From NCBI GenBank assembly GCA_031362565.1, contig JANLSU010000039.1, positions 32,001 through 96,000 on the forward strand: a DNA stretch of 64,000 nucleotides, written 5' to 3'. Position numbers and translations under genes: made by a program. Under the pieces are notes generated by a model. It was not told where the DNA came from. It saw nothing but the letters and a program-made list of their open reading frames with translations, and did no database searches. Positions within the stretch are counted from its first letter, which is position 1. Every line of letters starts with the position of its first letter. This document shows, in pieces, positions 44,687 through 54,002 of the stretch. The DNA is from a bacterium. GTDB lineage: Bacteria; Krumholzibacteriota; Krumholzibacteriia; G020349025.

Positions 44687-46243
44687 ATGACGTTTCCGAC
44701 CACCGAACGGCGTTTGCGCCGCGACCTCGCTGCCATTCGTGGCGATGGGGTCGCGTTCAGCCTCATGGTGGGGTTGGGCGAGACCTATATTCCCGCCTTC
44801 GCACTTGCCGCCGGACTCGGTTCGGTCACGGCTGGATTGGTGACGAGCGTGCCGCTGCTCGGCGGCGCCTTGTTGCAGCTCGTGTCGCCATTCGCAGTGC
44901 GGAAAATCGGCTCACGGCGCACTTGGGCGGTCGCTTGCGTGACCCTGCAGGCGGCGTGCTACGCACCGCTCGCGATCGCGGCGTGGTGCGGACGTGTTCC
45001 GGCCGTCGCCCTGTTCGCGATCACGTGTCTCTACTGGGGCGCGAGCATGGGCGCCGGGCCGGCGTGGAGCGGCTGGGTCGGAACGATCGTCCCGGCTCGA
45101 GTGCGCACGACGTACTGGGCGGAGCGCAGCCGTCTCGGCCACGTGGCGCTGCTCGCCGGCTTGCTGGTGGGCGGCGCGGTGCTGCACTTTTGCGCGCCGC
45201 CGCATCGCACGGATCTCCTGGCCTTCGCTGCACTGTTCGCCGCGGCCGGGCTCTGCCGCGCCGTTTCGGCGCGTTGCTTGGCAAGCATCCCGGGCGAAGT
45301 CGCCCCGCCACCGGCACGGGTCTTGGGAACGCGCGCGGTGATCGCGCGTCTCGGCAGCGGCGAAACCGGTCGCTTGTTGCGTTTCGCGCTGGCGCTGCAA
45401 GCCGCGGTGCAAGTCGCGGGGCCCTTCTTCACGCCCTACATGCTGCGGCAACTGCATCTGCCCTACACGGCGTATGTCATTCTGCTCGCCGCGTCCTACG
45501 GCGCCAAGATCATCAGCATGCCGCTCGTGGGCCGCGCCGCACGCCGTCACGGTGCGCTGCGTTTGCTGCGTCTCGGTGCTCTGGGCATCGCGCCCTTGCC
45601 GGCCCTTTGGCTCGTGTCGTCATCGCTGCCCTGGCTCATCGCGGTGAACGTGCTCTCGGGCGTCGTCTGGGCGACCTACGAACTGTCGCTCTTTTTGTTG
45701 GTGTTCGAGACCATCGAGGACACCGAGCGCACGAGTGTGCTCGCGGCCTACAACGTCGTGAATGCATTCGTGACCGTCGGCGGTGCGGCACTCGGTGGGA
45801 TTCTCTTGCAGCATGGCGGCATCTTCGCGCCGGTGTTCGCGCTGTCGTCGATCCTGCGCGTTCTGACCCTGCCACTCGCAGCGCGGCTCCGCGCGACAGG
45901 TTCCGGCCGCACGCTCCCGAGCTGGACGTACGGGGTCACCGGGCGCCAGGTTTTGGCGGCTTGTCGGGCACCGCGGGCACAACAGGCGCTACGGGCGCCG
46001 GGCGTACGCGCTTTGGGTTGCCCCGCACTTCCAGATTCGGGCCGAGATGGCACTGCACGCACAGAGCCCGTTTGGGTTCGCGGAGCAACAACCGTTCGTA
46101 GTCGCTGGAATGCGGCGAGTGACACGAGGTGCACTCCAAATCCATCCCCGTCCGTGGATCCTTCGCCGGGCCCTGATACGGATGCGGGTGCACCTTCGAC
46201 ACATCGTGGCATTGCATGCACAACACCGACTGCGGTGCCTTGA
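44687..46243 (+). CDS. MFS transporter (frame runs on into the cytochrome gene)
   Basis: About 12 hydrophobic helices, AWSGWVGTIVP..R..Y, GPFFTPYML; the last ~100 aa are antisense to the 42-heme gene. Confidence 0.78.
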   Translation: MTFPTTERRLRRDLAAIRGDGVAFSLMVGLGETYIPAFALAAGLGSVTAGLVTSVPLLGGALLQLVSPFAVRKIGSRRTWAVACVTLQAACYAPLAIAAWCGRVPAVALFAITCLYWGASMGAGPAWSGWVGTIVPARVRTTYWAERSRLGHVALLAGLLVGGAVLHFCAPPHRTDLLAFAALFAAAGLCRAVSARCLASIPGEVAPPPARVLGTRAVIARLGSGETGRLLRFALALQAAVQVAGPFFTPYMLRQLHLPYTAYVILLAASYGAKIISMPLVGRAARRHGALRLLRLGALGIAPLPALWLVSSSLPWLIAVNVLSGVVWATYELSLFLLVFETIEDTERTSVLAAYNVVNAFVTVGGAALGGILLQHGGIFAPVFALSSILRVLTLPLAARLRATGSGRTLPSWTYGVTGRQVLAACRAPRAQQALRAPGVRALGCPALPDSGRDGTARTEPVWVRGATTVRSRWNAASDTRCTPNPSPSVDPSPGPDTDAGAPSTHRGIACTTPTAVP

Positions 46244-49226
46244 GAATCTTGCGCGTCGTACTGCCGTGTGGAGAGTGGCAATTCGTACAAGTCTCTACAT
46301 CCGGGTGTTTGTTCTTCTTGGCAAACAGCCCGCGGTCATGACACGCGACGCAGGTCGATTGCAGATCGGCCTTCCGCAACAATGCGTCCGTGGTTCCGCC
46401 ATGCGGGGAGTGACACTCGAGACAGCTCTTGCCACGCAGTAGCGCCACATGCGGCGCGGTCTTGGTCAGATCCGCCTTGTGGTCGTCGTGGCAGGTCAGA
46501 CACAACTCGGGTGCTGGCGCGACGAGTTGCTTCTGCGGCGTGTGGCATGCATCGCATTGGTTTTCGGCGAATGGCGCGTGCTGTTTGGGTGGCAAGAGTG
46601 CGCGCTGACCACTGCCGTGGGGATCGTGGCACTCGGTGCAGGCTTGAATGCCGTCCGCGAATCCTTTGTGTTTGGTGCGGAACACGGCGGCGTTCGCATC
46701 ATGACACTTCACGCACAGTTCGCGATCGGTCGCCGTCCGGCGCAGCCCGCGCGCCTTGCCCTCATGCGGGGCGTGACATTCCAGGCACTTGCCGCTACGC
46801 GCCGGCGAATGCCCATGCGCGCCCTGGGCACGTTTGACGATGTCGGCGTGACACGTGGCACACAGCTCCGCAACCGGGCGCACCAGCAACCCAGGCTCGA
46901 CGCCTTCGTGCGGCCGGTGGCACGTGATGCACTGGCCCTCGCGCACGGGGCGGTGCACGAGCGTGGTATCGCCGGCAGTCGTGACATCGGTGTGACATTC
47001 ACGACACATCTGTCCTGGCTTGGCGACGAGCAGTGGCTTGATGCTGGACGCATGCGGCGCGTGGCAGCTCGTGCACTCACCCGCTTCGAACGGCGCGTGT
47101 TGGGCGTGTCCGGGCGGGGTCTTCGGCGGCGTGTGGCATGTCCCGCAAGTTTCGCCCACCGCGGCCGCCAGTTCAACCTTCGCCCCGGGGGCGGGCGGTT
47201 TGTGGCAGGACGTGCAATCACCTTCCGCAAACGGCGCGTGGACTTGGGCCCGCAGCAGTCCCTTCTTGTCCGACCGATGCGGGTCGTGACACGTGGTGCA
47301 CGAGGCCTCGGTGACTGGGAACTCCTTGTGCGCAGCGCGCAGTTTCGAGGTGCCCAGATCGTGGCAGGCGGTGCAGGCCTTCACGAGCGCGATCTTGCCG
47401 TCCGCGCCGCGCGTCCGGTGGGCGTCGTGGCAGGTGTTGCATTCTCCGGCCCCGACCGGGGCGTGGACAACACCCTTCGACATCAGTGCGTCATGCAAGG
47501 CCGTGTGGCACTGGAAACAAAGCTCCGACCCTGTATTCACGAGCAGCGCCTTGGTTCCGGCCGTTGCATGCGGGCTATGGCAATCGATGCACTCGCCCTT
47601 CCGAACCGGTGTGTGCATCTGGGCCGCGGGCACGGCCGCCAGTTTCTCTCCATGACATTTCGCACACAGACCGGCGGCGTTCTGGACCAGCAGGCCAGGC
47701 GTCGTCGACTGGTGCGGAGCGTGGCAGGTGCCGCATTCGCCCGCCGCGAAAGGCGGGTGCTGGGTGGCCATGCGGAGTTCGTCGGCTTGGGCACGGTGGC
47801 AACTCAGACACAGTTGCGGGGTGGGCTTTTGCAGCATCGCCTTCTGATCATTGCCATGCGGGTCATGGCACGTCGTGCATTCACCGCTCGCATAGGGCAG
47901 ATGGATCACATCGTTCGGTCCGGCAGGCTTGGCCGCGCCATGGCATTCACGGCAATCCGATTCGACATCCTTCTTCAACAGCGCATGCTCGGTGCTCGCA
48001 TGCGCCACGTGACACGTCGAGCAGGCCTCCTGCGCCGGCGGATGGGGTGACTTCGCGGCCTGCACCTTGGCGGCCAACGGGCCGTGACACGCCGTGCACA
48101 GTGCGGGGTCCACCTTTTGCGTCATGTGCGGCGCCCCGCCGCCGTGCGGCGTGTGGCACACCGTACAATCGAAGTCGCGGAAGGGTGCGTGCACCGAGGC
48201 CTTCTTGGCCTCGTCGCGAATGCCCTGATGGCAAGGAGTACACAGCGTTTCAGCGTCGCCGCGCAGCAGCGACGGGCGTTGCGACTGGTGCGGCGCATGA
48301 CAAAACAGGCAGTCGCCCTCGGCGGCCGGTGGATGGCCATCCTTTGCCGCGGCAACCGCCTGCACCGGCGCGTGGCAGGTGACACACAGTTGTTTCTTGT
48401 CCGCCTGCAGTTTCTCGGGATGCGCCGGCAGGTCGGTGTGGCATGCCTCGCACTGGGCGCGCCCATAGGGCGCGTGAATGTACGCGCCCTTCTTCGCGGT
48501 CGACTCGGCGTGCGGGTCGTGGCACGAAGTACAAGATGCGCCCGCCACTTCTGGTTTACGGTGCAGTTCCGGCAACCGCGCGACGTCACCATGGCAGCGG
48601 GCGCACATTTTCGATTCGGGTTCCAGTAAGAGGTGCTTTTCGGGAGCCGAGTGGCCACCGTGGCATTCCTGGCAGCGCCCTTGCGCGAAAGGCGCGTGCT
48701 GCTTCGGGGATGCCATCGCTGCGGCGATCCGGGTGTGGCACGCGGCACACGCTGGTGCCCAGGAGGCAGTGGATGTCGTCGCCGCAGCAGCCGGTTTCTT
48801 CGCCGCGATCGCGCCTTTCGGCGCCGGCGGGCGCGTCGCGGTCGAATCGCTGCGCGCGGCTTCGCGCAAGAGGCCTTTGTTGTTTGCCGCATGCGGGTCG
48901 TGGCACGACGTGCACGAGACATCCGCTTGGTGCAAGTGATCGGAGCCGGCTCCGCCGGGCGCTTTTACGTTCTTGTGGCACTCGAGGCAGAGTTCGGGTT
49001 GTTTGGCGGTGAGAACGAGCTTTTGCGTGAAGCCATGCCGCTTATGGCAGGCCTCGCAGTTCTCTTTCTTGACGGGGTCGTGGACGAAGGCCTTCGCGTA
49101 GGTCTTGCGCGCCGCGGCATGACACTCGTAGCACGAGCGACTCGCCTGCCCGAGAACGCGCCCGGGCCATGCACACAGCAGCAGGGCGAGCAAAATCTGG
49201 CCGCCGACCCACCGACCCGTATTCAT
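45936..49226 (-). CDS. Giant multiheme cytochrome c (42 CxxCH motifs, paired-CxxCH repeats)
   Basis: Manual count of 42 CxxCH in HxP..CxxCHxPH...LCxxCH repeats; signal peptide; Pro-rich tail. Confidence 0.95.
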   Translation of the reverse strand: MNTGRWVGGQILLALLLCAWPGRVLGQASRSCYECHAAARKTYAKAFVHDPVKKENCEACHKRHGFTQKLVLTAKQPELCLECHKNVKAPGGAGSDHLHQADVSCTSCHDPHAANNKGLLREAARSDSTATRPPAPKGAIAAKKPAAAATTSTASWAPACAACHTRIAAAMASPKQHAPFAQGRCQECHGGHSAPEKHLLLEPESKMCARCHGDVARLPELHRKPEVAGASCTSCHDPHAESTAKKGAYIHAPYGRAQCEACHTDLPAHPEKLQADKKQLCVTCHAPVQAVAAAKDGHPPAAEGDCLFCHAPHQSQRPSLLRGDAETLCTPCHQGIRDEAKKASVHAPFRDFDCTVCHTPHGGGAPHMTQKVDPALCTACHGPLAAKVQAAKSPHPPAQEACSTCHVAHASTEHALLKKDVESDCRECHGAAKPAGPNDVIHLPYASGECTTCHDPHGNDQKAMLQKPTPQLCLSCHRAQADELRMATQHPPFAAGECGTCHAPHQSTTPGLLVQNAAGLCAKCHGEKLAAVPAAQMHTPVRKGECIDCHSPHATAGTKALLVNTGSELCFQCHTALHDALMSKGVVHAPVGAGECNTCHDAHRTRGADGKIALVKACTACHDLGTSKLRAAHKEFPVTEASCTTCHDPHRSDKKGLLRAQVHAPFAEGDCTSCHKPPAPGAKVELAAAVGETCGTCHTPPKTPPGHAQHAPFEAGECTSCHAPHASSIKPLLVAKPGQMCRECHTDVTTAGDTTLVHRPVREGQCITCHRPHEGVEPGLLVRPVAELCATCHADIVKRAQGAHGHSPARSGKCLECHAPHEGKARGLRRTATDRELCVKCHDANAAVFRTKHKGFADGIQACTECHDPHGSGQRALLPPKQHAPFAENQCDACHTPQKQLVAPAPELCLTCHDDHKADLTKTAPHVALLRGKSCLECHSPHGGTTDALLRKADLQSTCVACHDRGLFAKKNKHPDVETCTNCHSPHGSTTRKILKAPQSVLCMQCHDVSKVHPHPYQGPAKDPRTGMDLECTSCHSPHSSDYERLLLREPKRALCVQCHLGPNLEVRGNPKRVRPAPVAPVVPAVPDKPPKPGAR

Positions 49227-49233
49227 GGCAGCG

Positions 49234-49911
49234 TCACTCGGGCTTCCGGGTTGGCGTGCTGTTGTCGACAGCGGCAGGCTTGACCGGCGTTGCCGGCGCC
49301 GCATGCTTCACGGGGCGCATCGTGGCAGGCGGAGCCAGCCGTGTTGAACGGGGGGCCGGCTTGGCGCTCGCGGCCTGCAACGGCTTCGCAACGCCCGGGC
49401 CCGTCCATCCCTGGATTTCCTTGAGCTGGAAAGTGAAGAAGGACTTCGGAGAGAAGTGCGGCGGGAAATTCAAGAAGGCATAGACACTGTCCGCCATCGC
49501 GCTGTCGCCGCGCACGAAGACATGAATCGCAGGGTTTTTCAGCGAATCGGATGCGGACAGGACCTTGCCGTCGATGGTGCGGAAGTCGGGATACAGATCC
49601 CGGACGACGGCCTCGTTCTGCGTGTCCCCGAGCATGAAGGGCTCGCCGATGTGGACCCGATGTTCTTCCTTCCAGTCCGGATACAGGCGGCTGCCGGCTT
49701 CGATCACCAGCAGCAGCCGGGGGTCCTGGACCGGCGGGGAACTCCGAACCGTTACGGGCTTGAGGGCGGCCGGGGCCTCCGCCGCCGGAACCATTGCGAC
49801 GGCGAGTACAAGCACCATCCCGAAGACCACCGCACCAAGGCCAGCCATCCACAACAAGTCGCCGAGTGCGAGCCTGGGTGGCGATTGATTCGTGGACTCA
49901 AGGTCTTTCAT
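49234..49911 (-). CDS. Membrane-anchored hypothetical protein (DUF2155-like)
   Basis: N-terminal TM helix; PDF...SASDSLKNPAI motif. The family assignment is from recollection. Confidence 0.5.
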   Translation of the reverse strand: MKDLESTNQSPPRLALGDLLWMAGLGAVVFGMVLVLAVAMVPAAEAPAALKPVTVRSSPPVQDPRLLLVIEAGSRLYPDWKEEHRVHIGEPFMLGDTQNEAVVRDLYPDFRTIDGKVLSASDSLKNPAIHVFVRGDSAMADSVYAFLNFPPHFSPKSFFTFQLKEIQGWTGPGVAKPLQAASAKPAPRSTRLAPPATMRPVKHAAPATPVKPAAVDNSTPTRKPE

Positions 49912-49916
49912 CCGAC

Positions 49917-50573
49917 TCACTTCCTTTCGCGAGAAGCGACGCGAGATTGCTGCGCCTGTTCCATGGCGGCCGCGAACGGGCGCACCGCTTCGTGTGCGAC
50001 CGCCGCGGAAAGCTGTTCCATCGCATTGACGCGGCCGAGGCCGAACAGCCATTCGCCGTCCGCGCCATCTCTGCCGTGAACCGTCGACCACACGACACGT
50101 GAGCCGGGCGTGCGCACCAGCCGCAGTGCCAGCGAAACTTGCGGTGTCCGTCCCTCGCGGTCGTCCCGGCCGCCGTACGCGAGCAACGCACCCTGGAGGA
50201 GCCCGTCTGCATGCAGTTCCGCGCCGATTCGATCGGCCAAGTCCGGCGGCAAACGGTCGAGCAGCAACCAGGGCTCCTTGGCGAGCGCGTCTTCGACGGC
50301 GCCGGGATCCACGACCTCGAGGCCTGGAATACGCGCCAATTCGTTCGCGAGTGCCAAGCCGAGCCGTTGCGGCGCATCGCGATCGGGCGAGTAGTTGGCG
50401 AGTGGTAACAGCGCGACGCGGAAAGGCCGGCTGGAGCTATCGGCCGACGCGAAGGGCCGCTCTTCCGGCGCGATGAAGGTGCGTGGTTGCGGCACGCAGC
50501 CCAGGGCGCAAGCCAGCAAGGCGAAAGCACTGGCCCGAGCTGCACGCCGTACTTCACGACGCAGGTTTCGCAT
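49917..50573 (-). CDS. Lipoprotein, PelC/CsgG/LpoB-like alpha-beta fold
   Basis: Lipobox ALGC; RVALLPLANYS; ADGLLQG; VSLALRLV...RVVWS. Confidence 0.7.
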   Translation of the reverse strand: MRNLRREVRRAARASAFALLACALGCVPQPRTFIAPEERPFASADSSSRPFRVALLPLANYSPDRDAPQRLGLALANELARIPGLEVVDPGAVEDALAKEPWLLLDRLPPDLADRIGAELHADGLLQGALLAYGGRDDREGRTPQVSLALRLVRTPGSRVVWSTVHGRDGADGEWLFGLGRVNAMEQLSAAVAHEAVRPFAAAMEQAQQSRVASRERK

Positions 50574-51147
50574 GCCGAGTCACCTCCGGCAACGTGCGCA
50601 AGAGTTGGCGACAAGTCGCCGCAGCCAGACCGTCGATCGTGCGTTCGGGGCGGCCCAAGAAGGGCACTCCGGGGCCGCTGTGCCGCGTGGCACTGGCGCT
50701 CCACACGAGCCGCCCGGTCGCCACGTCCACGAAGCGCACTTCCAGCGCCACCAGCGGATAGGAATCACGCCCATTCTGCACCATCGTGAATTCGCGCACC
50801 GTGCCGATGAATACGCCTTGCACGTCGGTTTCCTTGCCTAACTTCGTGAGTTCCCCGCTGGACCATGGGTTCGCATAGGGCGTGCCGCCGCGCACCCGCG
50901 TCATGGCGCTTGCGAACTGGCCGGGTTCCAACACTTGATCGAACTTCCGTTGCAGCAGTTCTGAAAAGAACACGTCAGTCACCTTCTCGCCCGCCAGCCG
51001 GTCTTGCGCCAGTGACGAGAACGGAATGACGGCGACTCGCTCGTAGAAGGGCATGTCCGCATCGGGATGCACGAAGCGTGTCATGCCTCCGCAGCCGCAC
51101 AGGAGGGCCAGGGTCGTGACCCACGCCGTCTTGCACCCCATTCTCAT
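50554..51147 (-). CDS. Lipoprotein, PelC/CsgG/LpoB-like alpha-beta fold
   Basis: Lipobox LCGC; RVAVIPFSSL; VQGVFIGTVREF; VALEVRFVDVATGRLVWS. Start is uncertain. Confidence 0.72.
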   Translation of the reverse strand: MRMGCKTAWVTTLALLCGCGGMTRFVHPDADMPFYERVAVIPFSSLAQDRLAGEKVTDVFFSELLQRKFDQVLEPGQFASAMTRVRGGTPYANPWSSGELTKLGKETDVQGVFIGTVREFTMVQNGRDSYPLVALEVRFVDVATGRLVWSASATRHSGPGVPFLGRPERTIDGLAAATCRQLLRTLPEVTRHAKPAS

Positions 51148-51184
51148 CGTCGTCCTTTGCAACCATGACGCGCCCGAGCGCTGG

Positions 51185-52762
51185 TCAGAAGGTCTTCTCG
51201 ACGGTCACACTGTACGAGCGGCGGTCCACGAGACCGGTACTTTGCGTTTCACGGGCATTGCCGCGCAGGCGCGTGCCGTTCGGAAGTTCGAATCCCAGAT
51301 CGAACCCGAACACCCGCTCCGACCCCACGTCGGCCTTGCCACTCACCTGGCGCCACAGCCCGTTCGCTGCCGCCACCATCCGCGGCGTCAGCCGCCAGTT
51401 CGCATTGAGTCCCGTGTGGTGTTCCGCACGGCGAACACGACCTTGGCCGGACAACCGGCGCCAGGTGCCACTGACACTCGTCGAGGCCGACGGATCGAAC
51501 GAACCAGTGACCTGCCACTCACGATCCTGTTGCCCGAGTCCCTCGACGTCCGGCAACTCATCCTGACGCCACGAGACGTTTATGCGCGTGGCGGCGGTGG
51601 GGCGGGTGCGCACTTCGGCCAACTCATGCCATTGCGTTCCCACCGAGCTCGCAGCGCGAATGCGGGCCGCGCGCACCTCCGCCCGGGCCTCGAGGCCGGG
51701 CCGCAGGCGGCCGTCGAGCGAGCCGTACGCCGTGCTCCGCGGCGCGTCGCCGCCGGCACCCGCGAACTGCACCGCGCTCATCCATCCAGTCTGCAGCACG
51801 ACGGCGCGCCAAACGTCGTGACGATAGAGCATTTCGAGCTGCATGTAGTCACTCACATGATTGCTGACCCCGTCGCCTTGGCGGCGGTACTCGCGCACGG
51901 CGCGCAGGTCGAGCCCGGTAAACGGACGCACGCTGAGGTCGGCGGTCAGATCGCGCTCGCCGATCCTCTGGTTACTGGGCGCCGCGTTGTCGTCAGCCCG
52001 GCCCCAGCGTTCGATCACATTGGCGCTGGCCGAAACGCGCCGCTCCGGTGTCCACGCCGCTTGCCCCTGGAGGGTTTGCGTCTGGGTCGAGCGCCGCCGT
52101 GCGAAAGATTGGTATTTCGCCACCAGGCCGTCGTACTGCCCCGTCGTGGTCAATTTCGTCCACGAACGCTCGGCGTGGACACCGCCGCGAAATTCGTCGG
52201 TGCGTTGCGGGGCACCGATGGCGCCGTTGGCTCGAGCGTCAATGCGCCGCACCCCGGCGTTCACACCATACCCGTTGCGACCCCATCCGGCGCGCAGTTG
52301 GCGATCCTCGGACGACGATCGCAGCCCGGCGATTTCACGGTCGAGTCGATTGTATCCGGCGTCGACTTGCGGGCCCCGGCGGGGCGTCCAATGGAGTCCG
52401 AGCTGGGATTGGCGTTCACGCGAGCTGCGGTTGCCGGCGACGTTGCGCTGCCACGGCGCCAGTTGCGCATCGGCGCGCCACCGCGTCGCGCGCAGGTCGG
52501 CAAAGACGCGGCTCCGCAGCAAATCGGTTTCTCGGACGGGCAGGAGCGACTGGTATTGGAGCGAGGCGCGAAGGTGCAGGTCCAAGCCGCGCGGCAGGGG
52601 CTGGCGGCCGCCGATTTCGTACAGATGCCGCATCGCGTCACCTCCGTCGATTCCCTGGACCCGGTTCACGGTTCCCAGGTACCGGCCTTCGATCGCGAGC
52701 GCGGGGTGCACGGCGAGCGCGGCGCCGATCCCGATCGCAAGCTGCAGGTGCCGGGTCCGCAT
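51185..52762 (-). CDS. Putative outer-membrane beta-barrel (porin-like)
   Basis: Signal peptide, continuous amphipathic strands, C-terminal YSVTVEKTF beta-signal. Confidence 0.75.
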   Translation of the reverse strand: MRTRHLQLAIGIGAALAVHPALAIEGRYLGTVNRVQGIDGGDAMRHLYEIGGRQPLPRGLDLHLRASLQYQSLLPVRETDLLRSRVFADLRATRWRADAQLAPWQRNVAGNRSSRERQSQLGLHWTPRRGPQVDAGYNRLDREIAGLRSSSEDRQLRAGWGRNGYGVNAGVRRIDARANGAIGAPQRTDEFRGGVHAERSWTKLTTTGQYDGLVAKYQSFARRRSTQTQTLQGQAAWTPERRVSASANVIERWGRADDNAAPSNQRIGERDLTADLSVRPFTGLDLRAVREYRRQGDGVSNHVSDYMQLEMLYRHDVWRAVVLQTGWMSAVQFAGAGGDAPRSTAYGSLDGRLRPGLEARAEVRAARIRAASSVGTQWHELAEVRTRPTAATRINVSWRQDELPDVEGLGQQDREWQVTGSFDPSASTSVSGTWRRLSGQGRVRRAEHHTGLNANWRLTPRMVAAANGLWRQVSGKADVGSERVFGFDLGFELPNGTRLRGNARETQSTGLVDRRSYSVTVEKTF

Positions 52763-52775
52763 GGCGACCGTGCCT

Positions 52776-53867
52776 TCATTGCCCCGGATCGGGGTTGTGC
52801 ACGTTGTGTGCCGCGGGTGAGGTGTAGTCGTTGCCGTGGCAGCCATAGCAGCTCTTGAGGTCGCTCGTGGCGTGCCCATCGCGCCCGGAGAGAGTGTTCA
52901 TGACGATCCCTTGCACGGACTGCGAGCCGGGGATTCCGTCCGCCGGGATGTGACATCCAAAACAGAATTGGCGGGCTTGCGCCGGGTCGTTGACGGTGTC
53001 GTCGAGGCCGCTCCAGCCCGGACGTTGGTCCGAGATCAGGTAGGCGTTGGGGCGCACTCCGTCATTCCCCACCGAGCCATGGACACCGTGGCAGTCGTAG
53101 CACGCCAGTTTGTCGCCGACTTGCACCTGCGGCGGCCAGGACAGCGCGATGGCGGGATTCTTCCGGATGCGGTGGCCGGCGTTCGGTCCGGAGACCGCCG
53201 AGTCATAGAAGTCACCGATGGTGCGATTCGACACATCCATTCCCGGCGGGCCTGCATCCGAATGGCAACGCACACACTGTGCGTAGGCCGCGGGCGGGCC
53301 CGTCTCGGCATGGCCTGAGATCCCGCCGTACGTTCCCACCAACAGGTCGCGCGCCTCCGTGCCATGCGGGTCGTGACAGTTCATGCACGAGCCCTCGCCG
53401 CTCGGGTCGTGCCGCGGCATATCGGGGTCGCTGGCATGCGGCGATACGTAGTGGCCCGTGGAGGTCGTGGTCGGATCGCGGTACGTGCGCTCGCCGGGCC
53501 AGCGGCCGCGCAGGTCGAGCCCCGCCCGCCGCACCCCGCCGGAGTTTATTTCGAAATACCCGGCATCCGGAGTTCCCGTGGGGAGTCGATCCAATTCACG
53601 CAGTGGATACGTCGACGGCCGCACCGAATGACACGTCAGGCACAGCCCGTTGTCGTTGGTCGTGAAGAGCAGGTTCGGGTTCGTGGCGCCCGCATCGCCA
53701 TGTTGCGGATGGCACTGGATACACTGGCCGCGAGTCGAGGGCTGGGTGACGACACGCGAGACGCCGTCTTGGGCATCGCCATGGGGATCGAAAACCGGGG
53801 TTTGCGCAATTGCGGGTTGGGCAGAGGCGGTAAGAATCAGGAGGATCAGGAAGAGGGCCGGTCGCAT
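52776..53867 (-). CDS. Heptaheme cytochrome c
   Basis: CIQCH, CLTCH, CMNCH, CVRCH, CYDCH, CFGCH, CYGCH; signal peptide. Confidence 0.9.
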   Translation of the reverse strand: MRPALFLILLILTASAQPAIAQTPVFDPHGDAQDGVSRVVTQPSTRGQCIQCHPQHGDAGATNPNLLFTTNDNGLCLTCHSVRPSTYPLRELDRLPTGTPDAGYFEINSGGVRRAGLDLRGRWPGERTYRDPTTTSTGHYVSPHASDPDMPRHDPSGEGSCMNCHDPHGTEARDLLVGTYGGISGHAETGPPAAYAQCVRCHSDAGPPGMDVSNRTIGDFYDSAVSGPNAGHRIRKNPAIALSWPPQVQVGDKLACYDCHGVHGSVGNDGVRPNAYLISDQRPGWSGLDDTVNDPAQARQFCFGCHIPADGIPGSQSVQGIVMNTLSGRDGHATSDLKSCYGCHGNDYTSPAAHNVHNPDPGQ

Positions 53868-53917
53868 CGTGCACTCCCACCCCGGCCCGACGCGACGCCG
53901 ATGCGACTCTGTGTTCG

Positions 53918-53993
53918 GTCCGGGCTCCGACAGTGGCCGGATTGGCGGAGCCCGGACGATGCAGCGATCCCGTGGAACCAGGGCCGTTCCACG
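53918..53993 (-). terminator. Two tandem stem-loops after the OmcS-like gene (stabiliser or partial terminator)
   Basis: 12-bp stem 53918-53929/53946-53957 and 8-bp stem 53971-53978/53986-53993; no U-tract. Confidence 0.5.
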
Positions 53994-54002
53994 CCGAACG
54001 CG

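Noticed and set aside
45936..49226. Recurring gtggca/tgcac DNA motifs resembling a repeat array or CRISPR
   Set aside because: They are the codons of the CxxCH repeats; there is no fixed-length repeat-spacer structure.
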